NCBI GenBank assembly: GCA_040954595.2
Contig: CM082580.2
Coordinates: 10,704,390 to 10,768,389, forward strand
Origin: Balanoglossus misakiensis
Lineage: Eukaryota; Animalia; Hemichordata
Direction: 5' to 3'
DNA: 64,000 nt
Shown here: positions 1-13,500 of the stretch, piece by piece
How positions within the stretch are numbered: position 1 is the stretch's first letter
Layout of the letters: each line of letters opens with the position of its first letter
Made by a program: the position numbers and the translations under genes
Notes under the pieces: model-generated
Database searches by the model: none
Told to the model about the DNA's origin: nothing
Seen by the model: the letters and a program-made list of their open reading frames with translations, nothing else

Positions 1-73
1 GTACTTACCGTAACCGGCAACGCGGGGCTTTCCGTAACCGACAGCACGGTACTTATCGTAGCCGGCAACGCGG
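1..73. repeat. Short degenerate ~24-bp tandem repeat cut by the window edge
   Basis: gtacttaccgtaaccggcaacgcg recurs as gtacttatcgtagccggcaacgcg 48 bp later, with a diverged unit between. Confidence 0.5.
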
Positions 74-965
74 CTAACAGAATCCAAATCAGCGACGGAG
101 TGGTAGAAAATATCAACATGGCTGCCGTTCGTCCGAGTGTCAAGTGTGGGCGTTGTGCTGTGGGGAGATGCGTTTTTATGTACCGGTACTTTGAACATCC
201 ATCTGTTTCATGTTAATATGCAAATAATGCATAATCGAAATCATTTCACGTAGCATCTCGCGTGATTTCTCTAGATACGTCAGAGATGCTAACAAACTTT
301 TTCAGGGTCAAATTAAATTGTGTCAAGTGTCTATGTCCCACCAGTCAGACACCATCTGTTCCAAGCTCAGAAAGTAATTGACCAATCACAATTGCTGTGG
401 TCTACCTGATTCAGGTGTGTAGGAAAAAATAATTAAATAGGGAATTGCCGCGGTCTAAAAATAACTAGATGAGGACCGCCCAATTTTCGGCGATTTTCAC
501 ATATTGGTCATAGCGCCACCCAGCGTTGATATGATCATTGATGAATAATTTACCTTAGCTTCATAAAATTGTGTCTGAATGCCTAAGCTTTACACAGCAA
601 CATAAAATACTTTGTCAATGATTGCCTGACCTCCCACATGAGTGCCATTTTGGCGAATATGTGGCATAATTTCGCAAAATGTTTTTATTGTCAATTGTTT
701 TGTTATTTCAATTTAAGTATTAAAATTTATTCAATTGTGTTGTAACTCTTCCCTCTTTGAGGATGAATAAAGAAACAACAACTCACTCACTCACTCACTC
801 ACTCACACACCCCTTCTCCGCGCTCTCAAATTGAAGGAAATACATCAAACAGTAATAACACCTCAGTCAAGTTTGATTAAGTTACAAAAATAGATTTAAT
901 TAACTAATTACACCCATTTAATTTGGAAAGCGACGGGAAAGTATATATAGGCCCTACATATGTTT

Positions 966-3900
966 CTATTCTGATTTTAATGTTTCCAAAATCCACGACA
1001 TTGCCGAGGTGACTCTAGCGAAAACGGACGGATATTTTTCAGTGCCACAAGCTCCTCGAATCCAACTCGATAATCCGGCCAAATACCACTTGCCATTGTT
1101 TTTCTTGCACACTAGTGGACCTCCACTGTCTCCCTGCAGTTAAATAAAAAAGATGACTTATTAGGCTGCAATATGCACAATTTACTCTAGATGAGTTTTT
1201 CTTTATAGAAGTCATACATCTGGGACGCACAAAAAATCGTCGCTCGCTTACCAAACATATGCCAGTTTCAGCTATATTCGATGAACAGATGTGATAATCG
1301 GCAATTGAACCCGAGTGTGCGTGATTACAGGACTCCTGGTCGACAAGGTTGACAATCGCCTGCTGTAGGTGGTCAGGGTACGTATGAGCTGAAACTAAGA
1401 TGTAAAGAGGAATAGTGCTGGTTCCCCTGGCCCATACACCCCGGTATATTACCAACGCCCTCTACCGGGGAATATGGGTCAAGGAACCAGACTCGTAAAT
1501 AGGTAAGACGTTGGGACTAACATCGTAAAAAGGTGAGGCAACATCGCTCGTCATGGTCATTTTCTTTAGAATCAGATATTGATTTCATATATCTTATTAT
1601 CGGATTAAAGGTTCTATTGAAAAGTCAAACGTCTACTCACTCTTTTCCTCACATATTACCATTTTGGTTTCTGTACAGTTGTCTCGATCCCAATAGTAAC
1701 CCGAAGAGCTCCTGCAAGGAATGAAAGCACCAGAGAGAGAGAGAGAGAGAGACATTGGTATGACCATCCAGGTGTCCTCAACATTTTTAGAACAGTTCCT
1801 TGGCTTTTACAGACTTCAGCTTCAATCCGGGACAGTGAAGTGCAAATCCTTCGGCCAAGACATTTTCGGCCTCGTTATTCGACGGCGACCATTAATTTGC
1901 CTGCAAGTTGTTATACTCATTCTGTTACCCCCACCCTTCCCTCCCCCAAGATTTGTTTTCAGTTCTGGGTCTGGCTTCACCTACTTTAACTGCACACAGT
2001 CCCCACCGCCGCTCGTTGGATCCGCCGCCCACTTCGTGAATGACTGCGGCCCGTCGGATGTCACCACAGAGCCGTCAGCGTTCACTCTGGCGTCGATCCA
2101 AAAGTCCTGCCCTGTGGACATGCTTTGCACCGTGATGAAGTTGACAATGCGCCTGTGTTTCTTATTTCTGGTATCCTTAACCAAGGTCATCCCGTAACTC
2201 CGACACAAATCGAAAGAATCATCCCAGGACACACGCGTCGTTATGATTGATAATCTGCTGGAGTCTGAGAAGGCAAAGTAAGAATGTTATTAGACGAAAC
2301 AATATTTGGATGGTCTCGAAATTATACAGTCATAAGAAACGTATAGTTACCTCTTACCTGTACTCGAGAGGGCGCCCCATCCGCTTATTGCGCATATATC
2401 GTTCTCCGGCCGGAAAAACTCTACATCCCCCGACGGTGGGAGACACGCTGGCCTGATGTAATCACTGTATGGTACCGCCAAGGGCACGTGGATAAGTGCA
2501 TAGTCCCAGTGCAAGAAATTTCCTCTGTAATTTGGATGGATTACGACGTAATCTACTTGGCTTCGGAACTCGTATGGACTTGGGGAGGCTAACGACACAA
2601 TACCCATCCTGACCTCCATTGCAGCCACGTTCTCTCTGTGTCTGTTACAGGATGAAGTAAATAGGTGATTTTGGTGAAAGTTAGAATGAAATCAAGACTC
2701 ACATTTAATCTACTTTAGTCACATATTATCCACGCGCGTAGAAGGTAAGCTTATGCCCCAGGACACTTGGCAGACATTGGGTGTATACCCTTGAAGACAT
2801 AAATCAGGTGGCAACCCTTACACGCAGTGAGCAGCGGTGAGAATCCAGTGTCCGTCAACCAGCACTCCGCCACAAATGTGGTTCCCGCCGAGGCTGAACG
2901 ACACTTGCCACGGCCACATTCCCAGCGCCGCGTTCCTTCCCCCGATGATGCGATGCTGCAGGTTCGTCTGCTTTCCACACACCCCTGCACCTATACGAAT
3001 TCAGAAAGCATTGGTATAAGCCCTAATAGGGGAACACAACTTTAAAAACAATATACATGTATATATCACATGGGACTTATGCCATGGTTCTTTACATGCC
3101 TTGTACAAGAGCGTTTTCAATCCAACCAACAGCCGCCGTCGCTCGTGCAAACACTCCTTCAGAAGCGCCACAATAATCATAGAGGCCGGCAAGATACCAT
3201 TGGCCGTCCCCCTTTACACAGACAAGTGGCGAACCCTTATCCTAGGTGGGAAAACAAAACAAAAACAAGTAATATTTCCACACCATATTGTAGAGTAGCA
3301 TTGCAATGAATATAAATGTATTATTGCAGATAGTTACGTGTCTTACTTCTACAATGGGACAGAAAGTGTTATCATCATTGGCAGTGGCTGCACATATTTC
3401 AGCATGACTTCCCGGGGACTCTTCGATAAAATCTTCGCACTTTTCAATGTGAGAAATATCTTCATGTAGGGCTGTATCCGCTGAGAATTGAGAGGAATGG
3501 GTATACAGTTTATGTACGTACGTACGTCGTGTACAGACAGACAGACATACTCAAAGTTAATATCATACGGTTGTGAACAAAAATAACAAAACGCGACGAT
3601 TGCAGTCGTTTTCCTCGCCCGAGACGGACAAAACATACCAACATTCGACGAAAACCAGGTATTAACGCACTGTTCTCCATCAGCAAAGAAGTTTGTTTCG
3701 CCTGTGGGTGGCAGGCACAGGGGGCGCTTGTAGTTATCCAGAGGTATTGTTTCATTTATGTATAGCAAGGCGAAGTTCCAAAATCCATCGGAGAACAACG
3801 GATGCGTTTCGGTGTAGTCCACTGTAGCTTGAAGCCCTGTCAGGTGTAAATTCGACAGGGTTACCACGCCAACACCAACGAGAAGGTCATCAGGGTCGTA

Positions 3901-6335
3901 GTCGTGTCTGCCAAAGTAAATATGCCAAAATTAAGCAAAACATTTGCGTATTATAGGGTGTGTGAGGCGCGTGCGCATACGCATGGCTGTTTCATGCGCG
4001 TGTTACAGTGTTAAGGTATTTCAGCATGGACACTATTGTCTATTGGCCTCCATACAAAATAAGTGGAACAAAATTACTTACACGCAGTTGCCAACGGTAA
4101 GTATCCAACGATCAGCTATGATGACTCCGCTACAGACATGTTGTTCGTCGAAACTGATCGTGGCATGCCATGGCCAACTCCCAAAGCGAACCTCCGGTCC
4201 GTCAAATATACCGTACGGATTATGTGGACGGGTTCCGCACACGCCATTATAGGGCTCTGGGTCTGCTTTATAGAATGCACAGAATATAAATTTCTCCATT
4301 GAAAATATTGAAAATGATCTTCACGGCTCTTTGTTGCGTGTGATTCTGCGTCGTATTTTTCTTATCTATAAGCACTGTTTTGAAACTTAACCCTTTTGCC
4401 ACTATGGTTTGGTCCTGGCCAAATTCATAGGAAAACGGGGGTGACCGTACCAAAAATGAAACATCGTCTGTACTATTACTTACCTAGAATGTATTCGCAT
4501 ATGAAATTTCTTCTTAAGCCGCACTTCTCTAGCATCCAGTAAACGATGCCTTGTTTAACTCTATCGAAGAAATGAAAAGGTAACGGAAATTGGGGAGGGG
4601 GGTGGGGGCTATCTTTCTTTCCGGCATTTCTACTAATGCTAATAAACCTATATCATTCTGTTAATATCAGACCACTCACTTTTTTAGATCTAGCTGGTGA
4701 CTTGAGAATCTTACCTCAATATACCACAGTCTTTCTTCTTATCATTGGGTATTCGCCCGCTTAGCCATTCGCCAGTGTAATTCAAAGGCGTGTCGTCATT
4801 CCAGACGAATTCCCCTTCTTCCTTCCTGTCGTTCAAACCAGTCCAGAAAACTGCCCATTCGATGCCTTCTGCTTTGAACTGAGTCGCCAGTTCGTATTCT
4901 GTGTTCTCGCTCACGATTTCAACCAGGCGGCCACCATTGAACTCGTTTCTGCAATGTTCACTGGCCTTAACCCAGCCAAGTTTTGACCTTTTCGCGGAAT
5001 AGATATGATAGAGTCGAGCAGGGGCTAGTTAAAACAACAACGAAAAATGTTATTACAAAACGGAAAACAGTGTTGCTGGATTAGTGAAACAACTGATACG
5101 ATAAAAGAGTGTTAAACGGCAATGCAAGAGGTATAAAAATATAACTCGAGATATTAAATTTATGCAACTGATCTTGGTGATATTAACGTTTGAGATACCT
5201 TCAAGATACATATCGGAAAAGTAAACATCATCTTTGATCACCGGATCTGCCCACAGTATTTTCCCAGAAAAATCTTCTTGAAACCCCGTGTGTCCTTTCT
5301 CGTCTCATAATGTTAAGAAAACCCGGTCGCTAATACAGAAAATGCGGAAAATCTTCAAATGTTACCGACCATCTGAAATCAGCTCACCTGCTGGGCCCAG
5401 TCTCCCGTCTATAGACGCTCTTTTCTGCAGAATAAAACATGCAACCATGAAATACTCCACGCGCGGCACTGTGACGTGAAAACAGGGTTGACCCAAAGCA
5501 GTTCCGTGAGATTCTTTGTGAATGGCAAATTTTCTTTGTCAATGGGTGGCTTAAAGTTTGACTGAATGCAGACATCGTATATTAAAGTCATGCCGTGCCC
5601 CATACAAATGTTATATTTTGTCTACCGGTAATTTCGAATATGTCTGTTGTAAGGTTAATATCTGACAGCGTTACCATGGAAATCGGTTTTGAAAAAAGCC
5701 GCAGTTATATTATGTACTACCAACCGATAGAAAGCATACGTCTAGGAATCTGTTACATTTATACGAATATTTTGAAATGATATATGCCATTGCTTTGTGT
5801 ACGACCACTAATTGAGGCCATTTTCTTTGGGTGACCCTCGGCTATTGCTAGACCAATCCGCAAATCTGTACATACACATGTTTAACTCCGTAACGTACGT
5901 ATGAGATTTTACTTTCGCTGTGTGGGAAGATCTTGGCCTGATCTTAGTCTCAAGTGGCGCCATCTTATTTATGGAGAAACCCAGACACCGCCTGGGAGAA
6001 ACCATATCTGGAAGCCTACGCGTTCGCAAAGTTACCTTAGCCGGATTGCTTGGCATTGGTTACATGGAGTATTCTGCGAATATTTTATCCTTGCAAAATT
6101 ATAGCAAGGCAATATGGTGGTTGTACTAGTGAAACACTACTGCATCAGGGCATACCTAAACACGCATTTGAAGGTAGTCACCTAGTAAAATGTCGAGTTA
6201 ATTTGGTACCTACTCTCCACACCTTAACACACACTCATGATCGACGATGGGTGTACTTACAGTTGCTTCTGATGATGGTGCGATTGCCAGCGAAATCAGA
6301 ATACATGTACAGGCAACGACGCCCGGCGCTGGCAT
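966..6335 (-). CDS. Secreted multidomain serine protease: signal peptide, C-type lectin, inactive trypsin-like domain, active trypsin-fold domain containing an inserted C-type lectin
   Basis: Approximate exons: 6335-6261 ([25 protein letters not shown]); exons in 5100-6100 unresolved; 5024-4715 and 4560-4484 (CTL: [24 protein letters not shown]); 4263-4082, 3907-3640, ~3481-3346, 3241-3100 (homolog domain); 2990-2822 (HR|IIGG..WPWQ..TAAHC); ~2642-2358 (WDYAL..GWG); 2264-1985 and 1711-1641 (CTL); 1389-1252 (LQQA..C); 1133-966 ([14 protein letters not shown]..stop). Link of the signal exon to the rest is inferred. Confidence 0.8.
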
Positions 6336-9176
6336 GGTTTCGGCTTTCGCGTCGTGGGCGCCCGATCATATGCAGTGAGATGACCGTACGTGCGGAACAT
6401 CCGCCGGCACGTAATACCCACCTGGTTATCTTCAGTATGCTAATACTGGGCGTTGATCGACAAATCCAGGGTCGCTGACCAATGTGGTGTGTTTGCGAGA
6501 TAAGAAACAACAGGTGTTCACTTAAGAATCAATTGAATAGCGGGGAAGATTCTGCCCGTTTGATACGGATTGTCCGACATTTGTATGATCGGCATATCCT
6601 GACATATTCTGCTTCCCTTACTAATTCTAATTCTAAAACTAGGCTAATAAAAATAAAATTGCGCCCCTAGGAAAGCACTTCGGATGGCTGAAATGTTTAT
6701 TCAGTTTATCTAGACTCCACTTTGCTTTAATTTTCCGAACTTCATTTTTCAGCATATCTGGCTTGAAGGCGGGAGTGCAGCTGAAAAATTATAATTGTGG
6801 AAAAATTGTAATCACGTCAACTAATCAAAATAATAACAACACTTTGCGACGAATGGGTTGTTCCGAACAAAGAACGGCCAATTTTACTCAAATCAATCAT
6901 TGCTGTTCCCAACGAAGAAATCAATATTTTCACTAAAGCGAGATTGCTTCCTGGCCAATACATTATAAGATCAGTCCAGTAGGAGAAAACGAAAATATGA
7001 AGTTAATATCGCACCTCGAACAGTCACGCGACCGAGCTTGTGTTTAATTAATCGAATCAACGTCGGTGTGCAAATTTGCGCAAATCTAGTTATAAATTCA
7101 AGTTGCAAATCTGAACAGTTTCTTCTGAAATCGCGGAACAGCGTGGGTTTAATTTGTCTTACCGTGGGCTTTACGAGCAAAGAGTCGAGCTAGATGGAAT
7201 GTTAAAAGGAAAATCTCGTTATACCTGCGATTGGTGATTGGTATGGTATTGATTTTAAAGATGTCGACAAAACTGGAGTGTAATTTGAAGTTATTTTATT
7301 TTAAAGCTATTCTCATAATCATAATTTTATTAACTAATGTTAAATTTGATTATCATATGGCTATGTAAAAATAATTGTCAATTTTTATGTTCAATTATTG
7401 AAAAAATTGCTTCACTTACAAAGGTGAAGTTTTCTTCTCCGCGAATATTCGGCTTGGTATCTTAATATCTTCGTTCGTCAGAATTGTAAAGCGAATTGCA
7501 AAAAAGCGAGCCGGATTTAAAGCGTTCGATTTGTCCATTTACATAGCTGTCGGTAACACGGGCAGTGATAAAGAAATGCGACACACACGCGGCAGCAAAA
7601 GGCAAAATAACAGGAACAATATCCGGAATTACAGCGGAAACTCTTAGTTGTGCAAATCAAGAAGGCAATGGAAATATCAATTTTCAACATGGCCGCAAAA
7701 ACGAAAGTACATTTCTCACGTACAAGCAGTCGGTCATCGACCATGTATAAGAACGCATTATTCTATGGCCTAATTTCTCATCTAAGTGATCTCCGATCAC
7801 GAAGCTTCAGTACTCCTGTACTCAATACTCCAGGCTTATATAATACGACATTTCCAGTTTCCTTTATTCAGATTTGATATCAAATTTATTTCCACATGTC
7901 CATCAAACTAAACAGTTTTGAGGAAAATTTGAGGGATACATTTTTAGACTATGTTCTTTGCATAGAAATAGTCTTGGGCAGTCTGTATGTGATTAATAGC
8001 AACTTGAGTAGTTCAAACAATTAACGCGTCGTAATTAACTAATTGAATGAAGGTTCGCAGCATTTCCCTGGTGTGTTCAGAATTTCACTGGTAAGTGAAT
8101 TAATGGTGGTGCGTTTTTTTAGATTGCGAAAGGCATTTTATTCTCCTTCTTACACAAATACCTTCGTAAACAGTCTTTGTAATAACCGCTTTCACAGGAG
8201 GGAATTAATGTCATATCCTGACATATAACGGTACTAAATATCAGAAAAGCAGAAATGTGCAATGGTTGACATTTATGTATTTCGATATTTGACCATGGGT
8301 ATCACAGCAGCCACCGTCACATCTACTCAGGAAGAAAATCCCAGCTCACACATTCAGTAATTTAATGCGACTCATTTTAACAATCGCCTCATAAGTGCAT
8401 TGAGCATTTAATAAAATGTCAAAGTGTGTTTCCCAAAACACATGAGGACCCTAGGACAGCAGCGTGCTATGACGTTACCATGGCTACAGGAAATTGGTAC
8501 TTTGTTTGTGTGCCTATATCCCGGGAAAGAACCATTAAAAGAGAAAGCTTGTGATTTCTGCGATGAACTTTAATATGGAGAATACGGACTTACGTCTATT
8601 ACACAGAAATAATTAGAAATTAATATTTTATGACGTAATATTGAGATCCAATATCGTCGTTGCACGTAGCTCTTGGATATGCCAGTACAAGTTACCGACC
8701 GTAATCTTGCGTGTGTTTAATACACTTTAAATTGCGATTACTGTCGCATTTTCCCGTTTAATATAAATGTATGTCTATGTTGTCACAGTGGACACAAAAC
8801 GTCTTCTGCTGTTTTGTATAGTTTTTAAGAATTTGAAACAGATATAGCTAAAGTTTGTTCTCCTCGAATATCCTGCAACATAACTTGTTTATGAAATATT
8901 CACTAACGGTTACATGAAAACATTTCTGGTCTTGCTATAAGTATTATATCAGTAAGATAGAGTACCAATACCACAGGGGCCCATGACTTCGGCGTTTTTT
9001 GTTGTTGTTTTTTGTTTTTTGCTTATCACGTGAAATTAATAGAGAGAATAAATGGTATGATAAATATTCATCTAAAACATTTCTACTGTCATCAGGCCTT
9101 CTTTTAGTACTGAACAAAATGAATATGTATATCGAAGTGAAACACATAGAGCGAAGGCTTGAGTGATGAAAAGGTC

Positions 9177-10568
9177 CTAGTAAGGATCAGTTTGAGTACT
9201 GCTATTTGTTTCTCTTGGGTTTGGATTGGTGTTCACATCGTCCAGGGCGGCATCTTCTTTCATGTACAGGTCCACCCCACTGTCCGTCAAACCGGGGACA
9301 TTGCGCTTGCTTTCTGGCCTTTCGACGTCGAACCCCATATTGTCGACGCCGTCTTGGTGTGGGTTGCAGTCGTCCTTTTGCCCCTCGCAGTTTGCACTTT
9401 TGCGGATACCCAGTTCGACTGTCTGTGGCTCCCCTGCGATTGGCGTTGACGTTTTACCCCGCTTGGCAGCCATATTGCCGGCGGTGCTGCACTGTGCGGA
9501 TTCCGACATCAAGTTGTCGGTCACCGTGACCTGGGTGCTCTTGGGGGCGGCCTTCTTTTTGCCGTACAGTCCACATGTTAGGATGCGGGCGAACTCTTTC
9601 CGAAACCTGGCGTCGAAGAATGCGTATATGATCGGGTTGACCCAGCTATTGGCGAAGAACAGAAATATAACGACCGTGAAAATGAGAGACGGATATCGCA
9701 TACGCTTGGGGTAGTAGTACAGCAACACCTGGTGAATGCGAAGCGGGCCCCAGCACAACGCGAAGAGCACGACCACCAGCAGCAGCATCTTGATCGCTTT
9801 TCGCCGTCTCCGTTTGGACTCGTCGTTCAGCGTCTTCGAGAAGTACAGCGCGACTATCATTCGAAAGTAGAAGTAAGCCACGACGGCCAAGGGGGCGATG
9901 TAAGCGACCACCAGGTTGGTCAACGACATCGGCTTCTCCAGGGTCAACCTCAGCCAGCGATGCGTGGTGCACATGGAGATGGTCGTGTTGTTGGGAAAGG
10001 TGCGGCTGAATATCCCCACCAACTTGATCTGGTAGCAAGAGTATGCGAAGGCCATGACCCACACCAAGACAGTTGCTATGCGAGATTGCTTCACCGTCAT
10101 CTTCGGCTTGAACGGCTGCACGATCGCCCGGTAGCGGTCGGCGGCGATGGCCACCAACGTCAGGATGGTCGTGTTCTGGCCGGTGTACATCAACATGACG
10201 ACGACGTCGCACAGCAGGTCGCTGGAGAGGCTGACGTACCTGGAGATGGTGTAGACTATCTGCATGGGTCCGAACACCAGGCCCACGCTCAGGTCGGAGA
10301 ATGCCAGCGATATAATCAGGTGGTTGGTGGGCGACTTCCGAAGTTTCGGCTGTCGCAGAACCGCCAGAACGACCATCAGATTGCCGCCAATTATCAGAAT
10401 GCAGTCGACGGACAAAATGCCGACAAACCAGTCCTTGGGAATGTGCCAATCTGGGGGTCTTTTCGGACGAGGACGATCCCCGTCGCCGGCAACAATGTCG
10501 TTACTTTCCGTTGCATTCGATGACATATTCATGAGCGCCAAAGTTAGGTTGGTCAAGTTGCAAGCCAT
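9177..10568 (-). CDS. Intronless rhodopsin-family (class A) GPCR, peptide-receptor-like
   Basis: 463-aa ORF with 7 hydrophobic segments and motifs GN..V, LAFSD, DRY, CWGP, NPIIY; N-terminal N-glycosylation sequons; Cys after helix 8. Confidence 0.95.
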   Translation of the reverse strand: MACNLTNLTLALMNMSSNATESNDIVAGDGDRPRPKRPPDWHIPKDWFVGILSVDCILIIGGNLMVVLAVLRQPKLRKSPTNHLIISLAFSDLSVGLVFGPMQIVYTISRYVSLSSDLLCDVVVMLMYTGQNTTILTLVAIAADRYRAIVQPFKPKMTVKQSRIATVLVWVMAFAYSCYQIKLVGIFSRTFPNNTTISMCTTHRWLRLTLEKPMSLTNLVVAYIAPLAVVAYFYFRMIVALYFSKTLNDESKRRRRKAIKMLLLVVVLFALCWGPLRIHQVLLYYYPKRMRYPSLIFTVVIFLFFANSWVNPIIYAFFDARFRKEFARILTCGLYGKKKAAPKSTQVTVTDNLMSESAQCSTAGNMAAKRGKTSTPIAGEPQTVELGIRKSANCEGQKDDCNPHQDGVDNMGFDVERPESKRNVPGLTDSGVDLYMKEDAALDDVNTNPNPRETNSSTQTDPY

Positions 10569-13500
10569 CGTGTGCCAAAACGCTTACAACCGTCGCCCAA
10601 GCTTTGCTGAAGTCACTGATAACGATCGCAGAGAGATTCTTATATTAACGCCAAACTGACTCATTATTAAATGTTCTGAGTGGCACCCCCGGGTTAATAG
10701 ACAAACTGTCCAATAACATTAAAGCGAGTTGGCTTTTAACTTAGTAATAATGTCAGTCAACCAATTTTGCGATCAATATTACCAGCAAACACTGGAACTC
10801 GTTTGGAGCCGTAGGATCATTTCATTGAGTGTGAAGCTGCAGTGACTTTGGAAAAAAAACCCAGCGGTGTAATTGTAAAAACACATTTTGCTATTACAGT
10901 TACTCGAGTTATTGCATGCAATTGTACTCTAGCTAAACCTTTGTTTAAATGTAAAGTTAAAAAAAACATACCTTTTATAGAATGTTTTCATTCTCTATAC
11001 GTGTCGGAAATCACTTTTACACAGTCATCCAGAATCATAATTGAATGTTACGGTTCAGATAGACACCCCCGAGAAAATAGATAAAATCGTACCTTTATGC
11101 AAACACCGTGGACTCGCCGTTAATGGTTACAGCAGTGTTTCACAAAATGTGGCGAACGCAGTATGTGTTAATTGAATCAAATGTTTTCATTGATCGATCG
11201 ATCCATCCATCGATCCATCCCCTGCCTGCCGGGGCCGCCCACCCGTGCGTCTCAGTGTCTATATGTCTCCGTTTCTGCCTGCTTGCGTCAATGCGCATAT
11301 GGAGATACGACTTTCATTGAAAAAAACATTAGCAGCATTTACCAAACCAGAGCGTGGTTTAATTATAAACGCCTTATTTGATCAAATTATTGCATTTCAA
11401 CAGGTTTGTCCCCAGCTGGCCATTTTAAAGCGAACAACCTAGATTCTAGATTCCGAAACGTTATTAAAAGCCTTTCCCCCTTCATACGGCTAATATCGAA
11501 GAATTTTTTAAATATTTGCTTTCTTCACCGTCTACAGTCAATTGATTTTTTCTATGCCACTGCACCCGCTTTTCATTGGCAGCTGAGTAAATGCGGTCAA
11601 TAAAACATTAATTTTTCGTAAGATGTCTTAAGAGTTTTGGTATGCTCATATATTGGAATTTCTGAAAGGCTTTACAGTCAAATACATGTACACATTATTC
11701 ACAGCCAATCTATATTCTCGCGAGATCTCGTGGACAGTGGCGAGTTTTCGAATTGGGACGACAGCCTCAATACTTGGAATATGCCAGAACAGCATGCTGG
11801 CCGTCAATCGGGTCATTTTATTGCGCTCGTATCAAGTTTATGTAAAGATTCTCGGACTATTATAACGCCATCTCATCGGGTGGCGCTTTTCTGGACGAGC
11901 TAGAAACATCATTTGCATATACATTTGTAATAAAATTGATGTAGGAACACGCTCTGTATCAGCGATATCAAGATCTCGGAGTTGCCGAACGAAATTGTAC
12001 AGCGCTCATTATCAGTGACTCAACAAGACTTGTCAGGTAAGTTCTCATTCTCAACATCTTATTTTATGTGGCGCCTTGGTGGTTGGGAGACGCACATTTG
12101 TGCGTTTATTCTGCATAGCCTTTACCACATAGGACATCCCAGCCCGCTACACAAGCGAGCCGTTGCAAGCTGAAGTATTTAAAACTGGCAGTATAAACAG
12201 ACGAGGCCGCAGCACGTATTGACTGACTGGTGGTACTTTCGTGTAGGTTCTCTTTCCATTTCCAGTGGTGCCGATTGTACCCGGAAAAAATAATCTGCTG
12301 GAAAATATGTTTATCTGTCTTGAAGGACATGCCTTCAAGCCGTCACTGGTATTTGCCCCGAGGAAATTGGCAAAGCGGGCTTACGTGCGCAACTTATTCA
12401 TTTAGAACTTTCGTATCCAGGCTATCACAAGATGATCGCACCATCGTGATTTCGTCCTGGGATTTCGTCACTATGCATTAGTGGTATTGACAAATCAAAC
12501 GTTATTTTTGTGCGAAGTTCACAGTATTGTATTATGATAACCATAATTTTCCACAGAGAGAAAATTAATCTTCCTAATACGATACGTCAGATTATTTGAT
12601 CTCTGAATTTTGTTTCGCGTAATCAAAATTTTCGTACAATGTTTACGCAGAAGAGTTCATTAACTCTTACGCATACCACTGTAAATATGTTTTGTGAATA
12701 TTTTTTAAAACAATTTCCTTATTTACCTACGAACAGCGGTGTTGCATACGCGATACACAAGTGACCGCCTAGTGCTAACAGTTGAATTTGCCGTTCTGGC
12801 CTTTTGGATCCAGTGAAAATGTGATATTTATCAGTAACGTTAATTGCAAAAAATCGAAAAGGTCAGACGCCCAGCCCCCGCAGCTGTATGGGTCTGGCTG
12901 CAGTTTCATGGCCACCATTCGTGCTCTGCTATAGTTGTTGACAAAATAATAAGTTAAACGTGCGTATCAAGTATCAGATGGGTTCACCAGGCAGTCGAGA
13001 AGGAGCGTAATCCATTACAAACAGATTGGCCGGGCCACTATAGTTGCTTGGCGCAAGGACCATGAACTAATTCAACTTTCACCGCTTGTCACTTTTGTTT
13101 ATGAATGTGTTTTTTCCGCTACGAAATCTTCCTATATTACAATTCGTAAATGTCTTGTCGAGGGTTTCGAAAACAAGAAAACTGCTTTACACAACATCAT
13201 AGCCCGTCAATCCTACGCAGGATTATCTAATGTCGAGTCAATTGGAATTACCGTAGACTGATCCAAAATTGGACATAATCAGCCATCAGACTACATAACG
13301 CTGTAACCAAATACCCAGCGCGCATAAAGCTGCGGCCAAAGGTGAGGTGTACAAACACATGTGTTATAAAGCTGACTTGAAGTGAGGAGTCTGCTTTTGC
13401 ACATGTATGCTCCTAGAGCAGTGGTTTATCAAACAGGAAGTTACAGAGAGCAGGGTGACAGGGAAATGCCCCGAACCTTCGATCCTTGTCGCTGTCACTC

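Noticed and set aside
735-808. AATAAA followed by (TCAC)n as a LINE 3' tail
   Set aside because: No reverse-transcriptase homology visible upstream; indistinguishable from a simple repeat.
9070-9112. Minus-strand CTGATGA..GAAA resembling a Penelope-type hammerhead ribozyme
   Set aside because: I could not form the required stems or cleavage triplet; at best a decayed remnant.
9159-10659. Long overlapping and antisense ORFs over the GPCR
   Set aside because: Expected shadow frames of a GC-rich coding sequence; no recognisable motifs.
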